A DNA stretch of 63,985 bases, counting the filler, from Octopus bimaculoides (lineage: Eukaryota), in the NCBI RefSeq assembly GCF_001194135.2. It is 8 parts of 6 records of this genome, joined end to end, with 100 filler letters (N's around TTAATTAATTAA, not from the genome) between each part and the next. Parts side by side here need not be neighbours in the genome. Positions count along the whole stretch, not along the records: positions 25,339 to 39,834 come from NC_068987.1; positions 39,935 to 45,055 come from NC_069003.1; positions 45,156 to 51,244 come from NC_068990.1; positions 51,345 to 56,555 come from NC_068981.1; 4 more parts are not named here. One strand, written 5' to 3'. The position numbers and the translations under genes were made by a program. Positions 39,146-51,945 of the stretch are shown here, in pieces. Below the pieces are notes generated by a model. It was not told the origin of the DNA and searched no databases. It was given only the letters and a program-made list of their open reading frames with translations. The number at the start of each line of letters is the position of its first letter. The stretch's first letter is position 1.

Positions 39146-39230
39146 CTCATACCCGTTTCCAATTAAGGAATTTTTTCTGTATTTCTTATGAATATTTCTG
39201 AATTCTTTAACATCATTAGATATTTCTCTC
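39146..39230 (-). CDS. Candidate internal exon (85 nt, phase 2-0)
   Basis: ccctctttgtAG | REISNDVKEFRNIHKKYRKNSLIGNGYE | GTAAGT; only one frame is open. Confidence 0.42.
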
Positions 39231-40289
39231 CTACAAAGAGGGCGAGAACTCAGTAACTCAATTTAATCTCATATTTACCAAGCACTTCAGATTAGAACAA
39301 CTGCACATTTTGCCGTCAGCATTTGCCATTGTATAGAATTAATGCATACATATATATATAGATATATATATATATGTATCAGTATGTCTCTGTACATACA
39401 TATGTGCGTATGCGTGTATGTGTATATATACCTACATATGTGTATGTACGTGTGCGTGTGTGTGTGTGTATGTGTATGTCTAAGGGCAAAATTCAGGGAT
39501 GCGAATGTAGGAAGTTTGTTAGCTTCAAGCAGTCCATGGATGGTAGCGAGAAGTAAAATTGGTGAGTGTACGCAAAGGAACATTGCACATTTTTTTATAT
39601 CTAAGTACGAAGAATTTCCAAGCGACAAGGTAACCTTTATTTAATTAAGGTAATCACAACGTGATGATTAGCTAAGTTGAGTATGTCCTATTGAGTAACT
39701 ATTACATCAGAGAATCAGCTAGCTAAGAAACATGTAGCTCGAATTTTATATGTTCCACTTCCTCAATTTGGAGTATATATAAATATAAATATAGATATAA
39801 ATAAATACACACACACACACGCGCACATATATATNNNNNNNNNNNNNNNNNNNNNNNNNNNNNNNNNNNNNNNNNNNNTTAATTAATTAANNNNNNNNNN
39901 NNNNNNNNNNNNNNNNNNNNNNNNNNNNNNNNNNAATTCAGAGAGAGGTAGTTGGAGTGAGAAGTAGGAGGTGGCAGAGAGGGGTGATTGGGGGTAGGGA
40001 GTTGAGGGCTCTGATTAGTATGGACCTTGGAATGGTGAAAAAGAAATTCAACCCCGATAGGATTTGAACTTAGAAAGGCAAGACAGCATAATTAAATACT
40101 GCACGGTATTTTGGCTGGCGCTCCACCGATTCGTCTGCTCTCTAACACATTCTGTTGCTGTTTAATATTCACATCAGGAACTAAACCATAGACAATGTTT
40201 ACAGTCGTTATTGGAGGACGAGGGAATTCAGAGAGAGGTAGTTGGAGTGAGAAGTAGGAGGTGGCAGAGAGGGGTGATTGGGGGTAGGG

Positions 40290-40606
40290 AGAGAGAAATG
40301 AAGTTTGAGAGGGGAAAGGTTAGAGGAGGGAGATGTGAGAAAGAGAGGGTTGGAGATTGGAGAGGAGGGGTTTTGAGATAGGGAGATTGAGAGAAGAGAA
40401 GGTTAGTGAGAAGGGGAGATTAAGAAGAGGGAGAGGTTAGAGAGTGAGTGAGAGAGAGACAGAGAGACATAGGGAGATAGAAGGTGTTAGAGAAAGGGAG
40501 GAGTTAGAGAGAGGTAGATGTTAGAATGAGAGGGAGTTTAGGAGAGACGGCAAGTTAGAGAGAGGGAAAATACTAAAGAGAAAGAATGAAAGAGAAAAAG
40601 AAAGAA

Positions 40607-40637
<31 letters not shown>

Positions 40638-40780
40638 AAGAGAGAAAGAGAGACTGAGGCTAGAGATAGGAAGTTGTAGAGGAGACGGGAAATGAAAAGA
40701 ACTGGGTGAGGTTAAGGGGGGTGAGAAGAGAAAAGAAAGACAATGATAAAGAAAGTGAGAGAGAGAAAGAGAGAGGGTAA
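40290..40780 (+). repeat. Polypurine (GA-rich) low-complexity tract
   Basis: About 490 bp almost entirely G/A. Confidence 0.9.
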
Positions 40781-41017
40781 ACGCGATCGTCCTAACTAAT
40801 TTTTCTTTTACTTCTACATCTCATTTTGTTCTTGGTTCTTAGAATAGCACCATCACACACGAATGCGCGCGAACACAAAATTATATATGGACACATACAC
40901 ACACATATGCACACGCACGCACGCACCACGCGTATGTTTATATATCTAAGTATACACACACACATATTTATATATGTGTATTCATAAATGCATAGATCCA
41001 TATTCTTACATGCTTAG

Positions 41018-41070
<53 letters not shown>

Positions 41071-41199
41071 CACACACAAATATATCTATCCTTAAATATA
41101 TGCATACACGCATATACATACATACATACATATAATGTTAAGGAAACAGAGAGAGAATGATAGATATATTGATAAATAGATATACAGACAGACAGGCAA

Positions 41200-41257
<58 letters not shown>

Positions 41258-42400
41258 TGATAAATAGACAGAGAGACAGTCAGACAAGTAGACAGAGAGA
41301 CAGAGAGACAAATAGATAGGTAAATAGATAGCTAGACAGACAGGTAGAGAGGCAGACATACAGATAAATAGATAGATAGATAGATACTCTCATCACCAAC
41401 ACCACCTCCACCACCACCACCACCACCACNNNNNNNNNNNNNNNNNNNNNNNNNNNNNNNNNNNNNNNNNNNNNNNNNNNNNNNNNNNNNNNNNNNNNNN
41501 NNNNNNNNNNNNNNNNNNNNNNNNNNNNNNNNNNNNNNNNNNNNNNNNNNNNNNNNNNNNNNNNNNNNNNNNNNNNNNNNNNNNNNNNNNNNNNNNNNNN
41601 NNNNNNNNNNNNNNNNNNNNNNNNNNNNNNNNNNNNNNNNNNNNNNNNNNNNNNNNNNNNNNNNNNNNNNNNNNNNNNNNNNNNNNNNNNNNNNNNNNNN
41701 NNNNNNNNNNNNNNNNNNNNNNNNNNNNNNNNNNNNNNNNNNNNNNNNNNNNNNNNNNNNNNNNNNNNNNNNNNNNNNNNNNNNNNNNNNNNNNNNNNNN
41801 NNNNNNNNNNNNNNNNNNNNNNNNNNNNNNNNNNNNNNNNNNNNNNNNNNNNNNNNNNNNNNNNNNNNNNNNNNNNNNNNNNNNNNNNNNNNNNNNNNNN
41901 NNNNNNNNNNNNNNNNNNNNNNNNNNNNNNNNNNNNNNNNNNNNNNNNNNNNNNNNNNNNNNNNNNNNNNNNNNNNNNNNNNNNNNNNNNNNNNNNNNNN
42001 NNNNNNNNNNNNNNNNNNNNNNNNNNNNNNNNNNNNNNNNNNNNNNNNNNNNNNNNNNNNNNNNNNNNNNNNNNNNNNNNNNNNNNNNNNNNNNNNNNNN
42101 NNNNNNNNNNNNNNNNNNNNNNNNNNNNNNNNNNNNNNNNNNNNNNNNNNNNNNNNNNNNNNNNNNNNNNNNNNNNNNNNNNNNNNNNNNNNNNNNNNNN
42201 NNNNNNNNNNNNNNNNNNNNNNNNNNNNNNNNNNNNNNNNNNNNNNNNNNNNNNNNNNNNNNNNNNNNNNNNNNNNNNNNNNNNNNNNNNNNNNNNNNNN
42301 NNNNNNNNNNNNNNNNNNNNNNNNNNNNNNNNNNNNNNNNNNNNNNNNNNNNNNNNNNNNNNNNNNNNNNNNNNNNNNNNNNNNNNNNNNNNNNNNNNNN

Positions 42401-42700
42401 GTGGTGGTGGTGGTTGTGGTGGTTGTGGTTGTGGTGGTGGTGGTTGTGGTGGTGGTAGTGGTGGTGGTTGTGGCGGTGGGTGTAGTGATGGTAATTGTGA
42501 TGGTTGCGGTGGTGGTGGTTGTGGTAGTGGTGGTTGTGGTAATTGTGGCAGTTGTGGTGGTGGTAGTGGTAATGGTGTTGTAGTTGTTAATGATAGTAGC
42601 GTAGCCTGTAGTGGTGGCGGTGGTGGAAGCATTGATGACAATGGTGGTTGCAGAAATAATGGTGGTGGTAGTAGTTGTGGTGGTGATGACGATGGTGGTG
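42401..42700 (+). repeat. Degenerate (GGT)n tract
   Basis: Directly visible. Confidence 0.92.
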
Positions 42701-43009
42701 AAGGGGGTGTCCCATCCCCAACACTTCTTCCTTTAATATGGAAGGAAGAGATGTTGGCGATGGGATCCGCAACGTTATACGGAAGTATGGAAGCCCGACG
42801 GTTAGTATGGATTGATTCCGTTATGCTATTGTAGGGATGATTGATATGTATAGATATGCGTGTATGTATGTATGTATGTATGTATGTATGTATGTATGTG
42901 CAAGCGTGTGCGTGTGTATGTGTATGATGTACCTGTAATTCACAGGGGAAAACTTGTCACATTCTGTGTGTGTGAATATATATATATATACACACTGTCT
43001 CTGTCTCTG

Positions 43010-43063
<54 letters not shown>

Positions 43064-43070
43064 TATAGGC

Positions 43071-43264
43071 GCAGAAGTGGCTGTGTGTTATGTAGCTTCC
43101 TTACCAACCACATGGTTCCAGGTTCAGTCCCACTACGTGGCACCTTTGGCAAGTGTCTTCTACCATAGCCTTGGGCCGACCAAAGCCTTCTGGATGGATT
43201 TTTTCGACTAAAGGCGGTGCTCCAGCATGGCCGCAATCAAATGACGGAAACAAATAAAAGAATA
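43071..43264 (+). mobile_element. SINE family A with internal deletion
   Basis: The head is joined directly to the tail at GGATTT|TTTCGACTAAAGG. Confidence 0.85.
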
Positions 43265-43266
43265 CA

Positions 43267-43330
<64 letters not shown>

Positions 43331-43406
43331 TATCCCCAGACGTTTTGATGACTGACATTTCGTAGATGCAACTGGAATGTGATGTTTGTAATCTTTGGGT
43401 ATTTAC

Positions 43407-43446
43407 CTCTGCAATGAACCCAAAGAAGTAAGAACTATTCAAATTC
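43407..43446 (-). CDS. Candidate micro-exon (40 nt, phase 2-0)
   Basis: ttctgtatatatttAG | NLNSSYFFGFIAE | GTAAAT; only one frame is open. Confidence 0.25.
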
Positions 43447-43915
43447 CTAAATATATACAGAAATATATACAGCTCTGTAAAGACAACTAACAGCGTGTAA
43501 CATAAGAACAACACGTAGGGTTATATATACACTGAAATAAACACACTTATACTATATATTTATTATTCCTATCTAAAGTGCTCTGTTTCTAGTATTAAGA
43601 CTTTGCATCTCGTGCACATCTCCAGCCTTTAGCAGCAGGGGTAATAAGTCATACAGCAGCTAGTAATCCGAGAATTGAATGGTTGTTATACGACCAGAGT
43701 TAGCGGGCATTATAAGATTTAGATCAATATTAATAAGAATTACAATTAACCCATCCAATGATTACTGAAAACTACCCGAAACGTCGCGCTATTTTTTACT
43801 GCACAGTACAGGGTTTTCGAATATTTGGATATGTAAAGTATACCTTACTTTGAATAAATATGTTGTTTGTATCTACCGAGTCGTAAAACATTTGATGTAA
43901 TATAAAACACAGTAT

Positions 43916-43959
43916 AAAGTGTCTGACGAACAGCAACGTGAAACTCTGAGTAACAGTTT
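43916..43959 (+). ncRNA. Minimal type I hammerhead ribozyme (Penelope-type)
   Basis: AAAGTGT-CTGACGA-AC(agcaac)GT-GAAA-CTCTGAG-TA^-ACAGTTT. All core nucleotides present; helix I 6/7 bp. Confidence 0.75.
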
Positions 43960-44344
43960 TTGTGATAATTTTGCAGCTTTAATAAAAGAATATTACACTA
44001 CATTTGTTATTTGAGTACGATTTTCCCACATTGTTTTGTGTGTGTGTGTATTGGTAAATATTTTTTGTGTATATACATAAATGTAAATGTTTTCTCAAAT
44101 AAATTGTACTTCATGTTTGAAGCTCCGACGAAGCTATATGGTGATACTCATGCACCGAAGTATGAGTGCATTGCATCTTATACTAAGAACAGGTGTAAGC
44201 CAATGAAGTTCATAACATATTTATTCCTTTGTCACTCCAATTTCTTATATGTGTGCGTGCGTGTGTGTGTGTGCGCGTGTGTGTGGGTGGGTAGGTGGGT
44301 GCGTATGCTTGTGTGTTTGTGTTTGTGTATGTGTTTGTATACTT

Positions 44345-44720
44345 GCTTGAGACTCTTCTCCCTAAAACGAAGGCGGAAAACATATGCAGTGATATACATC
44401 TGGGAAATCTTGGAAGGCCTTGTAACAAACTTTGACACAAACAGCAGAAACATACACAAACAGCAGAATGGAGCACCACTGCATAGTGCTAAAGATCTCA
44501 ACATCGCTCTCAAAATACAGATACTGCAACAGCTTGGATTCCAAGGGCCCACAGCTCTTCAGTAGCTTTCCAAAATGCCTGAGAGACCTGCATGGTGTGG
44601 ATGTAGGGGTCTTCAAAACAAAACTGTATCTCCTCGTGTCAAGGATTCCATATGAACCTATCTAACAGCAAGAAACACAGATGAGTGCATCTACTTCAAA
44701 CTCCCTCATTCACCAAATGT
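44345..44720 (+). mobile_element. CR1-like LINE 3' end
   Basis: LRLFSLKRRRKTYAVIYIWEILEGLV..KGPQLFSSFPKCLRDL..FKTKL..RIPYEP..SNSLIHQ. Confidence 0.8.
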
Positions 44721-45155
44721 CACATATCAGAGGAGGTTTGAAATAATGGTGTAGCACAGCCAACGGTAGTGCCCCAGCATGACCGCAGTTTTAAAGCTCA
44801 AAGAGTTTCATATATATATATATATATAAAACATAATAAATAAGTATATGCATATATACGTACAGGTATGTGCATACCTACGTCTACCTGTATATATAGG
44901 CGCATATCTGGGTACAGGACATTGCAAACAAAACATAGACAAAAATATATATACATATAATATTATATGTGTGTGTGTGTATATCTATATATATATATAC
45001 CTATAAACATATATCATATATACCTGCTTTGTATCTATGTATGCATGTATATATANNNNNNNNNNNNNNNNNNNNNNNNNNNNNNNNNNNNNNNNNNNNT
45101 TAATTAATTAANNNNNNNNNNNNNNNNNNNNNNNNNNNNNNNNNNNNNNNNNNNN

Positions 45156-45270
45156 AGGGGAGTCCGAACCTAGCCGAACCTAGGTGTTCGGTGAAACGGT
45201 CGGCCAGCCGGCGGCCCGTCTGCCCCACGTAGAGTTGGTTGCATAGGGTGCATTTGATGCAGTAAATATA
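45156..45270 (-). mobile_element. Penelope-like GIY-YIG endonuclease fragment
   Basis: IYCIKCTLCNQLYVGQTGRRLADRFTEHL; truncated by a synthetic join. Confidence 0.88.
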
Positions 45271-45610
45271 TATATATATACAAGAATAAGGGCAGAGAAT
45301 CGTCAATTAATAATAGAATTAATAATTAACAATTTTGCCAAGTAGTTCAGTATGAAAAAAACCTTTATCGGTAGAACTATTTATCATCATAAATATACAG
45401 GGATTAGCAATTGAGTTGCTTCTCCAACATACTGAAAATTCAGAAATAGCAGTCAAAGAACTACTGATTAGTCCTATAAAGGACGATGTTACTGTTGTTA
45501 TAGTCCAAGAAAATCATTTTTTCCAACTGATTATTGACACACAGTTTGTGCCCGTATAGTATTTGCAAGGGCGGCCATTACTCCCATCTCTAGCCTTGCA
45601 TGATACTCAC

Positions 45611-45772
45611 ACCTAGATTTCTGTATGTCAATAGTCAGCTGGAAAAGATGTTTTCCTGGGGCCAAAACTACAGTATCATCGTCGCTTAAAGGACTGCCAC
45701 ATTCTGTTGGCATATAAGCTCTACTATCCGGTATTGTTGGTGTATATCTCTCGCTCAGAGATTTAAAACAAA
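45611..45772 (-). CDS. Candidate exon (162 nt, phase 1-1), product unknown
   Basis: aaacAG | CFKSLSERYTPTIPDSRAYMPTECGSPLSDDDTVVLAPGKHLFQLTIDIQKSR | GTGAGT; visibly more GC-rich than its flanks; weak acceptor. Confidence 0.3.
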
Positions 45773-45987
45773 CTGTTTATATATATATAAACAGTTTATG
45801 ATGGATATAATTATGATGGATATAATTATGATGGATATAATTTCTCTATTTGTGAATTAAAGCTACCATTGCTTTCATGTTAAGAAGAGTAGGAAAATAT
45901 TCTAGTGTCTCAACAATTTTTCAACCCCATCACATGGAGAAAGGTATTAGCTTCCATTTTGAAAAGCACAGCTTCCTATCTCTCTCT

Positions 45988-46079
<92 letters not shown>

Positions 46080-46084
46080 AAAGA

Positions 46085-46430
46085 GACTCGGGTTTCAGTT
46101 GCACAAGATCTCCTTGATTGTGTCGAGAAGGATGAAAACTTTTTGAAAACTTTGCATAGGCCTCTGAGAAGGTATCGCGAAGGTTTGGCAAAATAAATTT
46201 GATGAAGATTTTCTGCTGAACTTTCTCTATCATGGTGAATGCGACGATAACACTCTACACACCTTCCTTCCGAGCACTGCTGTAAACAGCAAAAGTGAGC
46301 TAGGACGCCAAAACTTCGTGTGCGTGCACAGCAGAGTTTACGGTCCACCTGTGCCAAGCGGCAATACTCTGCGTGCTTTAGCTTTGTTACTATGGCAACA
46401 GTCCGGATACTTATTGATCAGAATACGTAA
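46085..46430 (-). mobile_element. Second, truncated copy of the two-5'-end mariner derivative
   Basis: Same TIR, 5' UTR and inversion junction as 29550-30413. Confidence 0.85.
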
Positions 46431-46440
46431 ATATGTATGT

Positions 46441-46595
46441 TTATTCTCTTATTCATTTATTCGTTTCAATCACATGACTGCTGCCATGCTGGAGTACCGC
46501 CTTTAGTCGAACAAATCGAAACAAGGCCTTATTCTTTGTAAGGCTAGTCCTTATTCTATCGGTCTCTTTGCCGAAAGGCGAAATTACGTGGTCGT

Positions 46596-46629
<34 letters not shown>

Positions 46630-46700
46630 AAACACGCACACACACACACACACATACACACACACACATGTATATATATATATTTATGTATGTATATGTA

Positions 46701-46732
<32 letters not shown>

Positions 46733-46890
46733 CACGACGTACTTCTTTCGGTTTTCGTCTGCCATATCCACTCACAAGGTTTTGGTTGGCCCGTGGCTAA
46801 AGTAGAAGATAGTGGCGGAAGGTGCAACGCAGTGGGACTGAACCCGGAACCATGTGGTCGGTAGGCAAGCTACTTACCACACAGCCATTT
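46441..46890 (-). mobile_element. SINE family A with expanded internal microsatellite
   Basis: Head and tail both present. Confidence 0.85.
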
Positions 46891-46977
46891 GTGCGCCTAT
46901 ACTCTGCATACCTTGGCTTTGTTACTATGACAGCAGTCCGGATACTTATTGATCAGACCACGTATATATGTATGTAT

Positions 46978-47192
46978 ATTCTTTTATTCTTTTACTTGTT
47001 TCAGTCATTTTGACTGTAGCCAAGCTGGAGCACAACCTTTTAATCGAAAAATCGACCCCTGTACGACTTCTTTGTAAGCTTGGTACTTATTATATCGGTG
47101 TCTTTGCCGAACTGCTAAGTTATGGTAACGTAAACACACAAAGATCGGTTGTTAAGCGATGGTTGAGGGATAAACACAGACACAAACACAAA
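46978..47192 (-). mobile_element. SINE family A, 3' half (head probably at 47760-47840)
   Basis: Homology to the other copies. Confidence 0.8.
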
Positions 47193-47258
47193 TATATACA
47201 TATATATACATATATATATATAAAATATAAATAATATACACACACACACACACAGACA

Positions 47259-47320
<62 letters not shown>

Positions 47321-47384
47321 TATATACATACATACATGTACATACTTACATATATATGTATATACACATGCATATATGGGTACA

Positions 47385-47665
47385 GGACGTAAAAAAACGT
47401 AAACATGAAAAATGAGAACATGAAATACAAAAACATGGAAAACGAACTACTTTTTTTTCGAACAACGAAAGAAACAAATAGAAAATCGAGACAGGCAACA
47501 TAAAGAACATTCCCTTCATCAGTTGTCTACAGTTTTATCTATTCCGCATTTCGAGCGTTAGGATAAGATGCGTCTTCGTCAAAACAGTCGCTTCCACAAA
47601 GCAAATTAAATAAAATTTGGGATTTGCGGGGGATCAGAAGTTGGTAACAAAAACAGGAGAGTTAA
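47385..47665 (-). repeat. Dispersed repeat ending in ACGTCCTGTACCC (possible Penelope pLTR derivative)
   Basis: Homologous copies at 49120-49350(+), 50245-50500(+), 11370-11455(+) and 44890-44945(-). Confidence 0.7.
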
Positions 47666-48721
47666 AATAAACGGTAAGGGCTGTGAAGCCATAATGAGGT
47701 AAAGGAAATGTATGCGTGGCGTTCAATTAAATAATAATATAAGTAATATATAACTCATTTGCTTTCCCAAGCCTCCACGTTGTGGAACTGAACCTGGAAC
47801 CATGTGGTTGGGAACTAAGCTTCTTACCACACAGCCACGCGTTTACGTGTATATATATATATGTGTGTGTGTATATATATATATGCGTATGTCTATAATA
47901 TATATGTACATAATGTATGCGCGCGCGTCTGTGTTTGTACGTGTATGTATGTATTGTCTTCAATGTTTACGATGTCCTTTATTTTTTCTCTGTCATAATC
48001 TTAATGTCATTGCTTCCACTATGTAGATAAAACATTAATAGAGCGAAAGAAGATATCAAGTGATGCAAAAATGGAGGAAGGGAGTATTAAATCGGTCACT
48101 ATCCTTTTAGTTGATCAACGAACAAAAGAGTTATATTACTCTACAAATAGGTCATCTGTTGTGTTGGAACTTTCTCAAACAACGAACAGATTTCGTTTTA
48201 AATCTTGAAATAGGTGAAACCTTTTCCTAGTTGAACCAACTCACCATCGGACTAATTGTAAAGTCAACATTTTTGATCATCGTTTTTCAATCATTTACTA
48301 CCGCGCTTGACCCATTTTGTCAAATCAATATTGCTCGGTGACCCATTTTGAAAATAATTGAATAAAAAACAGTTTGCAAATATTTAATACATTGACTTTT
48401 GTTCTCAGTTATTGTTTGCAGTGAATGTTGTGTCCTGTCTCTTATGCAGCCTTCCGTTTATTGTATAACATATTATACACATTTTATATTTCATCAATAC
48501 TTCAAAAGAAAATGATTTTGTCCTCGAGATTCTTAGCGACTTGTAATGCAATCAAGTTTTTTATCGACCACCACCTGCATTACCATTGGCTGTAAATGTT
48601 GTAAATGTTGTCTAGCGGTGTTGTTTGAAATGAGACTGATCTCTGGAAGAGAATTGCTAAGTTTGCTAAGAGTCATTCATTTCAGACGATGCTACTCATT
48701 TACATACATATATATGTGTGT

Positions 48722-48757
<36 letters not shown>

Positions 48758-50548
48758 ACTACGCAATTGCACGACGCGACTCTATCTATCTTTGTATCTT
48801 TCTCCCCCTCTCGCTCTTCTTTCTGTTATTCTTCGCCTCTCCCCTTCACTACTATATATCTCTCTCCCTCTTCCTCCCTGTCTCTCGATGCTCACCTATA
48901 TTCTACTTCCTCCCCTTTTTTTATCCCTCCACCACTCTTTCTCCTTACCCCTCGCTGGTCACGTGTCCGGCTACTTCTTCCTTTCCTATCTTGGCCATTG
49001 CCAAGCTCGCACGAACTTTCTTCTCTCTTCCTTTCAGTTCGTCACATCACAGCGTTCAGTATACACATATTTTTTTCACGTCTGGCCTTATAGCTTTTCT
49101 TATTTATTTTCACTGTTTCGTTTTCCTGTCTGGTTTTCTGTCCTCCACTACATTCCCCCGCGTTACAAATTTAATTTGTCTCCGCGGAAAGAGCCATTCT
49201 AACAATGCGTCCTGCCCTAACTTTTCGAAACGCTTAGTTTTAGAATGGTGGCAGCTGATGACGGAAATGTTCTCTATGCGGCCTGTGTGTTTTCTGTGCT
49301 CTGTTTCTCATTTTGTCCAAGTTTTTTTTTGCAACGTCCTGTACCCAGACATGCATCTATATATACATGTACGTATATATGCATATACTCACATATTATT
49401 TGTATTATTATATATATATATATAGGTATATATATATATANNNNNNNNNNNNNNNNNNNNNNNNNNNNNNNNNNNNNNNNNNNNNNNNNNNNNNNNNNNN
49501 NNNNNNNNNNNNNNNNNNNNNNNNNNNNNNNNNNNNNNNNNNNNNNNNNNNNNNNNNNNNNNNNNNNNNNNNNNNNNNNNNNNNNNNNNNNNNNNNNNNN
49601 NNNNNNNNNNNNNNNNNNNNNNNNNNNNNNNNNNNNNNNNNNNNNNNNNNNNNNNNNNNNNNNNNNNNNNNNNNNNNNNNNNNNNNNNNNNNNNNNNNNN
49701 NNNNNNNNNNNNNNNNNNNNNNNNNNNNNNNNNNNNNNNNNNNNNNNNNNNNNNNNNNNNNNNNNNNNNNNNNNNNNNNNNNNNNNNNNNNNNNNNNNNN
49801 NNNNNNNNNNNNNNNNNNNNNNNNNNNNNNNNNNNNNNNNNNNNNNNNNNNNNNNNNNNNNNNNNNNNNNNNNNNNNNNNNNNNNNNNNNNNNNNNNNNN
49901 NNNNNNNNNNNNNNNNNNNNNNNNNNNNNNNNNNNNNNNNNNNNNNNNNNNNNNNNNNNNNNNNNNNNNNNNNNNNNNNNNNNNNNNNNNNNNNNNNNNN
50001 NNNNNNNNNNNNNNNNNNNNNNNNNNNNNNNNNNNNNNNNNNNNNNNNNNNNNNNNNNNNNNNNNNNNNNNNNNNNNNNNNNNNNNNNNNNNNNNNNNNN
50101 NNNNNNNNNNNNNNNNNNNNNNNNNNNNNNNNNNNNNNNNNNNNNNNNNNNNNNNNNNNNNNNNNNNNNNNNNTGTATATGTATATGTACACGCATACAT
50201 ATATCTATGTATATGTGCACACATACACATATATATATATATATATATATGCAGATATATATTACCAACTTTGACCCTCTGCAAATCCAAAATTTTATTT
50301 TGTTTTGCGGGAGCAACTGTCCTTCGGAGACTCATGTTGTCGTTCAATGCTCGAAATGAGGAGCCGACAACTGATAAAGGGTCGTTCTTTATGTTACTTG
50401 CCCTGTTTTTCCATTTGTTTCTCTCGTTGTTTACGTATTCAACTCTTTTGTTTTCATATTTCATGTTGTTTACGGTTTATGACGTCCTGTACCCCTATAT
50501 GCCCATGTGTATGTGTGTACATATACTTATATATATATTATTTATATG

Positions 50549-50584
<36 letters not shown>

Positions 50585-51211
50585 AAACACACAGGCGTGC
50601 ACGCACACACACACACACACACACACACGCACAGACGCACACACATATATATATTTACACACGAGATGGTTTGCTGATCTTTACTACCAACCACACAGTC
50701 AGAAATCCTCTCCCTCCAGCCTTCCATTTTGTCAACAAACGACTGGCATTTGCCTACGGAAGAAACACTCCAAGCATTGTTAAAGTTCTAGTTTTCCTGT
50801 CTAATATATCTTTCGTCTAATCCACTATTCCAGGACTATCATGCACAACGGTACCCACTTACGTATTGTTAGCTTTTACCAAATTCCTTGAATTTCCATA
50901 TCTATATCATCATCATCATTATCATCATCATCATTATCATCATCATCATCATCGTCGTCGTCGTCGTGATCGTACTGTTGTTGGTGGTGTTATGTCTTCT
51001 TCCTTTTTTTTTACTTCTGAAATTCTTTATCATTAATTAATAATCATTAACTTTCAATTTTGAAAGTTAATGGTAATTTTAAATTTATCCCTAAAGATCT
51101 TCATAGTCTAACTTTCAAATTCACTAACTTCCAAATACAGAGGTCTAGATAACCAGAACTATAGACAGGTTTATAGAGATAAACTACCAAACGTGTAGGC
51201 ACTATATATAA

Positions 51212-51244
<33 letters not shown>

Positions 51245-51344
51245 NNNNNNNNNNNNNNNNNNNNNNNNNNNNNNNNNNNNNNNNNNNNTTAATTAATTAA
51301 NNNNNNNNNNNNNNNNNNNNNNNNNNNNNNNNNNNNNNNNNNNN

Positions 51345-51376
<32 letters not shown>

Positions 51377-51479
51377 ATTTTTTCTATAAGTAATTAAAAT
51401 AGAAAAAGGCGACTTGGTTCTTTTCATGGCCAATGTAAGCGCTCTCATTGATTGTTGGTAGTTATAAACACATTTGACC

Positions 51480-51945
51480 TCTGCTGACCCCAAGATATGG
51501 ATCAGGTGTAATCACATGGAGAGTAAATGAACTAAACAGCTGAGACAGAGAGATAAGGACGTTGCTGATATAGGATATGTGATACACCACCCAAAAAAAT
51601 GACACAGACAGACCAGACTGTATGTATCGAGGAAAACATGGGGAAGAAGACTGATTGGATGCGAACACAGCGGTAGAGAAGAAGAAAACAACATAGCATG
51701 GTATGTAAAAAATGCCTCAGTTCCGCTATTATTGGAAGTAAGAAGGTCAGACTTGTGTAGGATGGAAGAGTGCAAAGATAAAGCACTGTACATACACTTG
51801 AGAATGAATGAAACTGAAAATGGATAGATAAAGTAAAGAATGCATGGACAATTTCATAGGGTTGCTGAAGATAGGACAGACAGAGGAACAAGATGGCTAT
51901 AGATGACTGAAGTAATTAAAAACCGGAAACGGAGACTCTAATCTG
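51480..51945 (+). mobile_element. R4/Dong-clade RT C-terminal fragment
   Basis: YGSGVITWR..MHGQF..KPETETLICAAQEQALR across frameshifts. Confidence 0.82.

Noticed and set aside
43752-43792. Second hammerhead upstream of 43916 (..CCCGAAACGTCGCG)
   Set aside because: The CUGANGA core and helix II cannot be formed; at most a decayed remnant.
48246-48290. Minus-strand ATG|GTGAGT donor with a short ORF MIKNVDFTISPM
   Set aside because: No convincing acceptor or promoter, and too short to support.
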